Of a stretch of 27,362 bases of DNA, positions 14,707-22,960 are shown piece by piece. A model generated the notes under the pieces. It was not told where the DNA came from and made no database searches. It worked only from the letters and a program-made list of their open reading frames with translations. Numbering within the stretch: the first letter of the stretch is position 1; every line of letters starts with the position of its first letter. The position numbers and the translations under genes are program-made. The DNA is from a virus (taxonomy: Duplodnaviria > Caudoviricetes), in IMG/VR virus record IMGVR_UViG_3300005764_000068, positions 1 through 27,362 of that record; one strand, 5' to 3'.

Positions 14707-16491
14707 ATGCCATGGACCGCAGCAGAGGCTAAGAGCCACACCAAGTCCGCCGACACGCCGAAGAAAAAACGGCAGTGGTCAAAGGTCGCGAACGCCGCGC
14801 TCAAGAAGTACAAGAATGAGGGGCGCGCTATTCGCATTGCCAACGCCGCAGTCGGCGGCGACTCGCTCGAATGGCTCGACGCTGACTTCAAGCTCGTCGT
14901 CGACGCGATCATGTCGGCGGACGAGACCAAGACGCGCATCGTCAAGAAGGACCCGTTCGGTCGCGTGCGCGAGGTGCACGAGAAGCACGAGATCAGTTCA
15001 GAGGACTTCCCGCCGAAGAAGCACACGAAAAAGAAAAAGAACGGCGAGAACGACGACAGCGTCACCGCCGATCGCCGCAAGACAACCTGGCGCGATCCGT
15101 TCGGGCGCCTCAAGGCGACGATCGAAGAGGAGGAGGATGCGGCCGGCGTTCCGGGCAATCCGAACGAAGGCGAGTTCGAGCAGAACGTGTTTCCGAAGAA
15201 GAAGCGACGCGAGAGCGGTCGCGCTTCCGAGTTGGGGGAATGGGCGGCAGGCAATGACCTGGTAAAGGTCGCCGGCGGAGATAATGACTTCGAGATAGAG
15301 GACTATGTACCGCAGCGCATCGAGTTTCACGACACCATCGAGTTCGACGACAAGGCGAACGTCCACATCACGCAGGACGGATACCTTGCGGCGGAGCCGC
15401 GCATCGCGCGCGTGGGTGTGCAGCTATATCGCGGCGCTGAATGTGGGTGCGACGACGTCGATGTGGTGCGCGTCTATCGGCCTTACGATTCCGTCTTTGC
15501 CACCGACTCGATCCGCTCACTCGCACATCGTCCGGTAACCATCGAGCATCCGACCGAGCGCGTCACTGCCGACAACTGGAAGAAGTACGCGGTCGGGCAC
15601 ACCGGCGACACGGTGAGCCGCGACGAGGACGGCAAGATCACCTCGGTGCGCGTGCCGATGGTGCTCATGGATCGGGCCGCAATCCAATCATTCAAGGACG
15701 GCAAGAACCAACTGTCGGTCGGCTACACCTGCGATCTCGATTGGTGTGAGGGGCTGACCGACGACGGCGAGAAGTACGACGCCGTGCAGAGGAACATCAG
15801 GGCGAACCATCTCGCAGTCGTCGCCACGGCGAGAGGCGGCCCAACTCTCAGGATTGGCGACGACGCAGTCCATAAGGAGGTTTCCATGGACCTGAAGACG
15901 ATCACGATCGACGGCATCGCATGCCCGATGAGCGACACCGCTGCGCAGGTGGTGCAGCGGGCGCTCAAGAGCCTGAAGGACGAGTACGACGCCTTCAAGA
16001 AGAAGGTTGCCGAAGAGGAGGAGGACGACGAGGAGGAATCGTCGACCGACAAGGCGACGATCGTCGACCTCAAGAAGAAGCTCGACGCGAAGGATGCCGA
16101 GATCGTCACGCTGCAGAAGCAACTCAAGGACGCGACCGATCCGGCGTTGCTCGACGCGAAGGTCAAGCTCCGCGCCGACACGTTCCGCAAGGCGCAGGCA
16201 GTTCTCGGCGACAGCTACAAGCAGGACGGCAAGACCGTCGAGGATGTGCGCCGCGATGTGGTGAAGGCCTATCTCGGCGACATCGCCAAGGATTGGGACG
16301 AGAACAAGATCAGCGCATCGTTCGAGACGATCACCGCCAAGATCGGTGCGCCGGCCGGCAACACGTTCAGGGATGCGGTGCGCGTGTTCGCGCAACCGCA
16401 TACCGCGGATGAGGACCCACGCAGGAAGGCGTGGGCGGAGATGCTCAACGACCAGGCCAACGCCTGGAAGGGCGAGCGCAAGACGGCTTGA
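14707..16491 (+). CDS. DUF2213 prohead protease/scaffold with ~200-aa N-terminal extension
   Basis: ATG 14707 after AGAGGT; TQDGYL...IARVGVQLY...VYRP..SVF...PVTIEHP...LSVGYTC...QRNIRANHLAVV..ARGG..LRIGD. Confidence 0.9.
   Translation: MPWTAAEAKSHTKSADTPKKKRQWSKVANAALKKYKNEGRAIRIANAAVGGDSLEWLDADFKLVVDAIMSADETKTRIVKKDPFGRVREVHEKHEISSEDFPPKKHTKKKKNGENDDSVTADRRKTTWRDPFGRLKATIEEEEDAAGVPGNPNEGEFEQNVFPKKKRRESGRASELGEWAAGNDLVKVAGGDNDFEIEDYVPQRIEFHDTIEFDDKANVHITQDGYLAAEPRIARVGVQLYRGAECGCDDVDVVRVYRPYDSVFATDSIRSLAHRPVTIEHPTERVTADNWKKYAVGHTGDTVSRDEDGKITSVRVPMVLMDRAAIQSFKDGKNQLSVGYTCDLDWCEGLTDDGEKYDAVQRNIRANHLAVVATARGGPTLRIGDDAVHKEVSMDLKTITIDGIACPMSDTAAQVVQRALKSLKDEYDAFKKKVAEEEEDDEEESSTDKATIVDLKKKLDAKDAEIVTLQKQLKDATDPALLDAKVKLRADTFRKAQAVLGDSYKQDGKTVEDVRRDVVKAYLGDIAKDWDENKISASFETITAKIGAPAGNTFRDAVRVFAQPHTADEDPRRKAWAEMLNDQANAWKGERKTA
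15886..16491 (+). CDS. Nested in-frame scaffolding protein (internal start), 201 aa
   Basis: TAAGGAGG (15873-15880) 5 nt before in-frame ATG 15886, just after RIGD; product is charged and coiled-coil. Confidence 0.7.
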   Translation: MDLKTITIDGIACPMSDTAAQVVQRALKSLKDEYDAFKKKVAEEEEDDEEESSTDKATIVDLKKKLDAKDAEIVTLQKQLKDATDPALLDAKVKLRADTFRKAQAVLGDSYKQDGKTVEDVRRDVVKAYLGDIAKDWDENKISASFETITAKIGAPAGNTFRDAVRVFAQPHTADEDPRRKAWAEMLNDQANAWKGERKTA

Positions 16492-16528
16492 GGGCAGAAG
16501 GCCGTAACTCGAACCAGGAGACATAATC

Positions 16529-17395
16529 ATGGTTGTTGCAGTTCAGAGAATCTACCGCCCTCAAATCGCTCCGGCATTCGAGGGCATGCCAGCGGACCAG
16601 ATGCGTGGACCCGCTGACATCAGTCGCAACGTGGAAACGGCGGCCGGCATCGCATTCGGCCGCGCCGTGAGCCAGGGCACCCGTGATTACGGTGTGATCA
16701 TCGGTGGCTCGGCTTTCGTTGGCTGCTCGATGCGCGATCCGACTGTGGCGCTTGCTCCGGTCGATCCGCTCGCGGCGGCCGGCTCTGCCAACCCGCTCGA
16801 CAGCTACGGCCAGTACACCAGCGCGTGGGTGCGCACTGGCGGTCGCATCTGGGTGCGTGCTGCGGCGAACGTCGCCGCCGGCAACGCGCTCTTCTACAAC
16901 ACGACCAGCGGGCTGTTCACCAACAGCGCTTCGGGCACCGCGGCGAGCGGTTCGATCACCTTCTCGCAGCAGCCGACCGATGGCCAGACCGTGATCATCA
17001 ATGGCGTCACCTTCACCTTCAAGGCGAGCGGCGCCACCGGTGACCAGGCCAACATCGGCCCGACGCTCGGTGACACGATCAACAATGCGGTGGCGGCGCT
17101 CAACGCCTCCGGCACTGCCGGCCTCACCACGATCAGCTTCCAGGCCTATCCGCCTTCGCCGGGCGGTGCGGGCCAAGGCAGCGGCGCTAACCAAATCCTG
17201 CTTGGTGTCAAGGCGGTCGGCGTGGCGGGCAACGCCTACACGTTGGCGGCGGGCACGTTGCCGGGTGTCACGTTCTCCGGCGCGACGCTCTCCGGCGGCA
17301 CCGCGGCGGCGACGGCAATCACCGGTGGTCGTTGGAATACGACTGCGATCACGGGCGACCTCGCGATCGTCAATCTCGGCGTAGCAGTGGCCTGA
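16529..17395 (+). CDS. Head decoration/cement protein with an inserted Gly/Ala/Thr-rich domain
   Basis: Between scaffold and capsid; GMPAD...IAFGRAV...GRIWV...GGRWNTT; AGGAG SD. Confidence 0.75.
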   Translation: MVVAVQRIYRPQIAPAFEGMPADQMRGPADISRNVETAAGIAFGRAVSQGTRDYGVIIGGSAFVGCSMRDPTVALAPVDPLAAAGSANPLDSYGQYTSAWVRTGGRIWVRAAANVAAGNALFYNTTSGLFTNSASGTAASGSITFSQQPTDGQTVIINGVTFTFKASGATGDQANIGPTLGDTINNAVAALNASGTAGLTTISFQAYPPSPGGAGQGSGANQILLGVKAVGVAGNAYTLAAGTLPGVTFSGATLSGGTAAATAITGGRWNTTAITGDLAIVNLGVAVA

Positions 17396-17433
17396 CGGCA
17401 GAACTGGCCAGTCTCAAGAAAGGAGACACGAAA

Positions 17434-18381
17434 ATGCAGAACTGGTTTTCTGATGATATCGGCCAGCAAGCGCTTGGCTTCTTGATCAGCCAGACGACTT
17501 ACCTTGAGCCGCAGGTCTACCGCACGAAGTATCCCGAGTTGAACTATGCGAGATTCGTGCCTGTAGACTACTCAGCCAGCGAGTGGGCGAAATCGATCAC
17601 CTTCTTCTCGATCGACTATGCCGGCCGCGCTGACTGGATCAACGCCAATGCCAACGATATTCCGATCGCCGATTTCACTCGCGGCAAGTTCGAGGCTGCG
17701 ATCGAGATGGGATCGATCGGTTATCGGTACAACATCGAAGAGCTTGGCCAGGCGATGATGATCCCGGGTCTCAACCTCACGACCGAGCGCGCCAATGCGG
17801 CACGCCGCGCCTGCGAGGAGATGATCCACAACATCGCCATGTACGGCGATGTGCGCAAGAACTGGCTCGGGTTGACCAACAACACCGCGCCGACGGTGAT
17901 CAACGCGGTGAGCACTTGGGCTTTCAACATGTCCCAGACCACACCGCTGACGCAACGCGTCATCAACGACGTGAACGGCGCCATCACCAACGTGTGGCAG
18001 TCGACCTTGACCGTGGAGATGGCGAACACGGTGCTGCTGCCGCTCAGCGCGATCAGCCTGTTGGCGATCTCGCAGTTGCCGAACACGACCATGAACCTGC
18101 TTGAATGGCTGCAGCGCAACAACCTCTACACGCAGCAGACTGGGCAAGCACTGACAATCATGGGCGTGCGCGGCCTCGACACTGCTGGCTCCGGCGGCTC
18201 AGGACGCATGATTGCGTACCGCAACGATCCGGAGGCACTGAAGCTGCATATCCCCAAGCCGCAACAGTTCTATGCAGCACGCCAGGTCGGCGCATTCGTC
18301 TACGAGGTGCCGAGCCTGTTCCGCATCGCTGGTCTTGAGTGGCGGCTGCCGGCGACTGCTCGCTACGTCGATGGCATCTGA
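17434..18381 (+). CDS. Major capsid protein (DUF2184 type)
   Basis: ATG 17434 after AAGGAG; ALGFLISQ...YPEL...GYRYNIEEL...YGD...GLTN...RMIAY...P..ARYVDGI. Confidence 0.92.
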   Translation: MQNWFSDDIGQQALGFLISQTTYLEPQVYRTKYPELNYARFVPVDYSASEWAKSITFFSIDYAGRADWINANANDIPIADFTRGKFEAAIEMGSIGYRYNIEELGQAMMIPGLNLTTERANAARRACEEMIHNIAMYGDVRKNWLGLTNNTAPTVINAVSTWAFNMSQTTPLTQRVINDVNGAITNVWQSTLTVEMANTVLLPLSAISLLAISQLPNTTMNLLEWLQRNNLYTQQTGQALTIMGVRGLDTAGSGGSGRMIAYRNDPEALKLHIPKPQQFYAARQVGAFVYEVPSLFRIAGLEWRLPATARYVDGI

Positions 18382-18428
18382 CGCCGTCGATCTTCCCCCT
18401 GCAACCAACTGACATGGAGGCGCTCGCG

Positions 18429-18791
18429 ATGGGCGAGAATTATCCTACGCTCGGGCCGATGGTCGACCCGACGCGCGGAGACAGACCGCATCAGATCGTC
18501 AAGGTGAGGAACACTGCGGAGAAACAATCGCATGTCGTGTTCGATCGCAATGGTCGCGGCATCACGCTCGAACCTGGCCAGACGAAAGACATCGACATGC
18601 TGCTGGAGGAGGTGGCGCACTTTCAGCATGAGCGGAAACCTGGACGCATTCGCGAGATGATGGTGCAGAAGGGAAACGTCTTCACCTTCGAGGACACCGA
18701 AGCACCACCGCATCCGATTTCGATCGAGGGCATCCCCGACATCGACATCCAGGCCAAGCCCAACAACAAGCAGCAGCCACAGAAGTCCTGA
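18429..18791 (+). CDS. Hypothetical head-associated protein
   Basis: ATG 18429 after GGAGG; immediately after the capsid gene. Confidence 0.7.
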   Translation: MGENYPTLGPMVDPTRGDRPHQIVKVRNTAEKQSHVVFDRNGRGITLEPGQTKDIDMLLEEVAHFQHERKPGRIREMMVQKGNVFTFEDTEAPPHPISIEGIPDIDIQAKPNNKQQPQKS

Positions 18792-19216
18792 TGGCGACGG
18801 CGCAGGACATCTTCGCCTTCCGAGCACAGTTCGCGGAGTTCGCCGAGGTCTCCGACGCGGACGTCGCGATGGTGCTCAACACGGCTGACATCTTTCTCGA
18901 TGAGGAGGCGTGGGAGGGCTCGGCGGATTATCAGCCGGCTCTTCGATATTTCGCTGCGCATCTGCTCTCGCTGCTGCTGACGCAGAAGGCTACCGCCGCG
19001 ATGATCGGCGCCGGGGCGGGAGGCGGCTGGAGCAACCTGTATATGCGCATGGTTGCGATTGGCGAGCGACGCGTGATGTTCGGCGAGCGGCAGTCGTTCG
19101 GCAAGATGCAGGGCGAAAGCAATGCTCCTGGCGATGAGATGCTCGATCTCACCTTCTATGGCCAACTCTACAAGAAGCTGCGTGCGCGTAACTTCCCGGC
19201 GATACTGGTGATCTGA
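18791..19216 (+). CDS. Head-tail adaptor (DUF4054-like)
   Basis: FRAQFAEF...AAHLL...T.YGQ.Y..L. Confidence 0.8.
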   Translation: MATAQDIFAFRAQFAEFAEVSDADVAMVLNTADIFLDEEAWEGSADYQPALRYFAAHLLSLLLTQKATAAMIGAGAGGGWSNLYMRMVAIGERRVMFGERQSFGKMQGESNAPGDEMLDLTFYGQLYKKLRARNFPAILVI

Positions 19217-19629
19217 TGGCAGCGAACTGGAGAGCACTTGAGGCGCGGCTCGATGCCTACGTTGACGCGACATGGGCTGAACCGGTCGAGCTACATCCGA
19301 TGACGCCGGGCGACATCGACACGAACCCGGGACCCGATCCGTCGCGGGCGATCGTCAAGACATTTGCCGTGTTCATGAAGCCAGGTGCGTCGATCACGGG
19401 TGAGGGAGGCGCGGCGCGTGCTTATGGCGGCAACATACAGCAGGTCACGCAGGACACTTGGATCAGCATCTGTGACGCGCGTCTGATCGTCGACCTCCTG
19501 GCTTGGAAGCAGCACGATCGCGTGTACTTGCCGGACCGTGGTGAGTGGTACGAGATCAACTGGATCAATCCGAGTGCGACGGCGCGTCCAGACATTCATC
19601 TGATACGAGTGCAGACGGCGGACGTATGA
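19216..19629 (+). CDS. Putative head-closure/head-tail joining protein
   Basis: Position after the adaptor; beta-rich with DRV......YEI; TGATG coupling. Confidence 0.6.
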   Translation: MAANWRALEARLDAYVDATWAEPVELHPMTPGDIDTNPGPDPSRAIVKTFAVFMKPGASITGEGGAARAYGGNIQQVTQDTWISICDARLIVDLLAWKQHDRVYLPDRGEWYEINWINPSATARPDIHLIRVQTADV

Positions 19630-19641
19630 TATGAATGGGGC

Positions 19642-20052
19642 ATGGCTCGAAGTAGCAAGTCAACCTTCTGCACCGTTCGCGGTTGTGATCTTCCCCGTTA
19701 CGGGAAAGGATATTGCTGGCGCCACTATCTACGATGGCGACGGCACGGTGATCCGACAGCCGGTCGGATAGATAACGGGAAAACGAGAGAGTTCTTGCGT
19801 CAGGCCATCGCTCATGTCGGGCCCGATTGTCTGTTCTGGCCCCATGCGAAAAGCGGAGATGGCTACGCGCAAATCACGGCCAACAGGATTGTGCATTATG
19901 TACACCGGCTTGTGTGTGAAGAAGTGCACGGCAAGCCCTCGAAAGATAAACCCTACGCGCTGCACAGTTGTGGCAATGGTCATCTCGGTTGTGTGAACCC
20001 GCGGCATCTCCGCTGGGGTTCGCAAAGCAGACAACGTGGCGGATCGTCGTGA
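19642..20052 (+). pseudogene. HNH endonuclease with an apparent frameshift at the end of the nuclease motif
   Basis: C..GC....KGYC..HY.RW.RHGDP and HSCGNGHLGCVNPRHLRWGSQ; the expected ADNVAD continues in the +1 frame from 20027. Confidence 0.7.
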
Positions 20053-20918
20053 GCTTACTCAGGCCCGTAATGAGAGCATGTGTAGTAGGGGCGCTCAGGA
20101 ATAAAACTTGGGCGGGGCCGCGCGTTTTCGACTCGGACATGACTCCACTAGCTGAAGCCGTCCTCGGCACGGCGGCGAAGCCTTACATCGTCGTCTATAC
20201 GGACACCGATGACATGCCAGTCGTCGGCGGCAAGGCCGAAATATACGACGGACGCTATCGGCGCCTGCAGATCGCGATCGAGATCGGCGTTGCGAGCGCG
20301 ATCCACGATCCGGCACCGGCGGGGCCGATCGTGATCAAGTTCTCGGCGACAGACCAGGGCATGGAGTGGGCGGTCGATTTCATCGAGTCGCAGGTGATGG
20401 CGGCGCTATGGGGTGATCCGCATTCGGACTGGGGCGACCTATTCAAGCGCTTCGCTTACAAGCTGCACCGCATTCAGCGTCGGCGCGGCGGCCAGGCGCA
20501 GACCGGTGTGCGGTTCGCGGCGCGGCGCATCACGATGACATGCGAGACGTTGTTCGATGTTGCGCCGGGCGTGCGGCCACCGCCGCAGCATCCGATTTAC
20601 GATTTCATCGAACTGGCGACGATTTCGCCGGCAATCGGAGAAGTGGACATGGCGGGGCTGGTGAAGAGCTTCCTGGAGCCGACGAACGCGCCGGAGTGGC
20701 GCATCGCGCAGGCGCATCTCGGGCTCGACAGCGAGGGCGCACGCGAGGCGCTGGTGGTGACGGGCTCGCCGCTGCCATGGCCGCTGCGCGAGACACCGCT
20801 GCCGGATGGTACGCTGCCGCTCGGTGACGAGGATGTGCCGCGGCTCGACGTGCTCAACCTGGACGACGATGAGCCACAGCCGGGCCAGGTCGGTCCGGTG
20901 AACGGAGGACCGCCATGA
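20049..20918 (+). CDS. Putative tail completion/terminator protein
   Basis: GTG 20049 (MSLLRPVMRACVVGAL..TWAG.RVFDS...PYIVVYTD); position in the neck cluster. Confidence 0.6.
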   Translation: MSLLRPVMRACVVGALRNKTWAGPRVFDSDMTPLAEAVLGTAAKPYIVVYTDTDDMPVVGGKAEIYDGRYRRLQIAIEIGVASAIHDPAPAGPIVIKFSATDQGMEWAVDFIESQVMAALWGDPHSDWGDLFKRFAYKLHRIQRRRGGQAQTGVRFAARRITMTCETLFDVAPGVRPPPQHPIYDFIELATISPAIGEVDMAGLVKSFLEPTNAPEWRIAQAHLGLDSEGAREALVVTGSPLPWPLRETPLPDGTLPLGDEDVPRLDVLNLDDDEPQPGQVGPVNGGPP

Positions 20919-21148
20919 CGGTTATCGCCGCGCTGGTCATTTTATTCGTTGCTCTAATCCTGATCGGGCTAGCGTGGTGGGTGGCAGGACAACTTGCGCC
21001 ATTGATCACGCCATATCTGCCGGCCTTCATCGTGAGGCTGCTTTACGTGCTGGCGGTTGTCATCATGGTGCTGATTATTCTGGGGGTGCTGCTTTACGTG
21101 TTGTCAGCGCTCGGCGTGCCAGTGCCGCATTGGGCACTGCTGCGGTGA
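20915..21148 (+). CDS. Small two-TM membrane protein
   Basis: Almost wholly hydrophobic 77 aa; GGAGG SD. Confidence 0.7.
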   Translation: MTVIAALVILFVALILIGLAWWVAGQLAPLITPYLPAFIVRLLYVLAVVIMVLIILGVLLYVLSALGVPVPHWALLR

Positions 21149-21151
21149 AGG

Positions 21152-21790
21152 ATGCTGAAGTACAAGGTTGATGCGAGCGATCTGCTGCACTGGGCGCGCT
21201 TCCTCGACGAGATGCCAAGGCGCACCAAGCCGGCCATGGCGCGTGCGCTCAACACTTATGGTGAAGGCGTGCTGCGATCCGTCGTTGACAGCATTGCCGA
21301 GCGCACTGATCTGCCGAGCGGTGCGATCTTTAACGCGATCAACGTCAAGGAAGCATCGCCTGACGATCTGATCTGGGAGATGGATGCCAGCCAAGTATTG
21401 CCGGGTGCGATGGATTGGGAGCGGCCATGGGAGAGCCGCGACACCAAGCAGTTCGAGAACGATCTGCTGCTCAAGGTCGTGACGTCAGGCGATCACACCG
21501 TGTGCGACGTGTGCAACCAGGTTGCCGAGAACTCGCCGTACACGCAGGAAGAAATTCGCGAGATGCAGGCAAAGTGGGCGAACTATGAGCCGCCGCATCC
21601 AGTCGAAGGCATTCGCACCAACCTGGTGCATCCGAACTGCCGTTGCATCACGCAGCCCTGGTCGAGCTTGCGCCGGCTGCCGCTCGCATTCGATGCCCCT
21701 GGTCAGGCGCCGCAGCAGCTATTCACCATGCGCCAGCTTGGCCAGCGTGTGGCGGATGAGTTGAAAGTCGCATTAAGGGTTATCCGATGA
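21152..21790 (+). CDS. Lambda gpZ-like tail completion protein carrying a MuF-like Cys module
   Basis: AMARALN...A.P.DL..E N-terminus; TSGDHTVCDVC...SPY...HPNCRC..QPW. Confidence 0.65.
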   Translation: MLKYKVDASDLLHWARFLDEMPRRTKPAMARALNTYGEGVLRSVVDSIAERTDLPSGAIFNAINVKEASPDDLIWEMDASQVLPGAMDWERPWESRDTKQFENDLLLKVVTSGDHTVCDVCNQVAENSPYTQEEIREMQAKWANYEPPHPVEGIRTNLVHPNCRCITQPWSSLRRLPLAFDAPGQAPQQLFTMRQLGQRVADELKVALRVIR

Positions 21791-22704
21791 CGTTCCGACC
21801 GCAATGGGACGAGCTACTGCACAAGATCGAGAACCTGCAGCGCCAGACCGGACAATCTGGCGGGCCGCGCTACGGCTATGTCAAGGAGGTCAAGGAAGGC
21901 GGCGGCGAGCGCAAGTGCCGTGTGGTGATGGGCTTTCGCCCGGACGGCAGCGAGTGGCTGTCACCATGGTTGCACTGTGACGATCATTCCGGCGGCGGGC
22001 GCGAGCAGCAGCTTTACGAGAAGGGCCAGAACGTCACCGTCAGTGCACAGGGCAATGATTTTCGCATGGCGCGTGTATCGCCATCGGCGCAATCGAAATC
22101 ATTTCCGCAGCCGGACTTCGCGCCGCAGACCAACGGCGAGACGAAGCAATACGGCAACTTCGGTCAGCGCATGCACAAGCCCGGCGAGCAGCAGCAAGGC
22201 GGCCAGGGCGGTGCTGGCGGCGGCGGAGGTGGCGGCGGTGCCGGCGGAGGTGGAGGCCAGAGCGGCGGCCACATCTATGACGCCTTCATGTTCGAGGCGC
22301 AGAAACATCCGGCGCATCAGGACCAACAGAAAATTCCGCTCCTCGGCGGCGGCGGCGGTGGTGCCGGGCCGATGGGCGGTGGCGCTGGTGCCGGCGGAGA
22401 AACTGGGAAAGTTGAATCGCCTGCTGCTCAACAGCAGCAGCAGAAGGAGGTCGAGCCGACGATCATCTCGCGCATCCACGAGAAGGACAAGTCGATCACG
22501 CACTTCATCAAGGAAGGCAAGAACCGCGCGCACACCACCGACAAAGGCTGCGAGATCAGCGCCAACGACGGCAAGACGTACGGGACTGCTTTCACGGACG
22601 GACCGTTTCAGGTTGTGGGCAAGCCGCCGCAGGTCAACATGCCGTGGCGCATCAAGACCAAGCCGGGTCTCAAGAAGACCGACGTGAAGATTTCTAAATC
22701 GTAG
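21787..22704 (+). CDS. Baseplate spike protein (P2 gpV-like) with Gly/Gln-rich insert
   Basis: YGYVKEV...CRV......LSPWL...GQNV.V OB-fold pattern; precedes W, J, I. Confidence 0.75.
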   Translation: MTFRPQWDELLHKIENLQRQTGQSGGPRYGYVKEVKEGGGERKCRVVMGFRPDGSEWLSPWLHCDDHSGGGREQQLYEKGQNVTVSAQGNDFRMARVSPSAQSKSFPQPDFAPQTNGETKQYGNFGQRMHKPGEQQQGGQGGAGGGGGGGGAGGGGGQSGGHIYDAFMFEAQKHPAHQDQQKIPLLGGGGGGAGPMGGGAGAGGETGKVESPAAQQQQQKEVEPTIISRIHEKDKSITHFIKEGKNRAHTTDKGCEISANDGKTYGTAFTDGPFQVVGKPPQVNMPWRIKTKPGLKKTDVKISKS

Positions 22705-22714
22705 GAGGTGAACT

Positions 22715-22957
22715 ATGCCCGTTTCTAATCGTCAGAAGTGGAACCAGCGCAGTGGTGTCACGCCATCCGACACTAAGGTCTACGAGATCATCGCGCCGGA
22801 TCATAAGCCGGATGGACGCGCCAGCACGCCGTTCGAGGGCAAGTATTACTACGAGGGCGGCAAGGCTCTCGTGCGCATGACCGAAGCTGAGGCGCGGTTC
22901 TTTGTCGACATGGGCGCACTGGCGCCAGTCGTGCCGCCGGCAGAAACGCCTGCATAA
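22715..22957 (+). CDS. Hypothetical protein
   Basis: AGGAGGT SD; V.MTEAEARFF..G.L motif. Confidence 0.7.
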   Translation: MPVSNRQKWNQRSGVTPSDTKVYEIIAPDHKPDGRASTPFEGKYYYEGGKALVRMTEAEARFFVDMGALAPVVPPAETPA

Positions 22958-22960
22958 GTC

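Noticed and set aside
18368-18400. Hairpin TCGATGGC/GCCGTCGA over the capsid stop codon as a terminator
   Set aside because: No U-tract follows; at most a pause or stability element.
20915-21148. Calling the two-TM protein a holin
   Set aside because: No endolysin nearby and no charged C-terminal tail; only a membrane protein call is supported.
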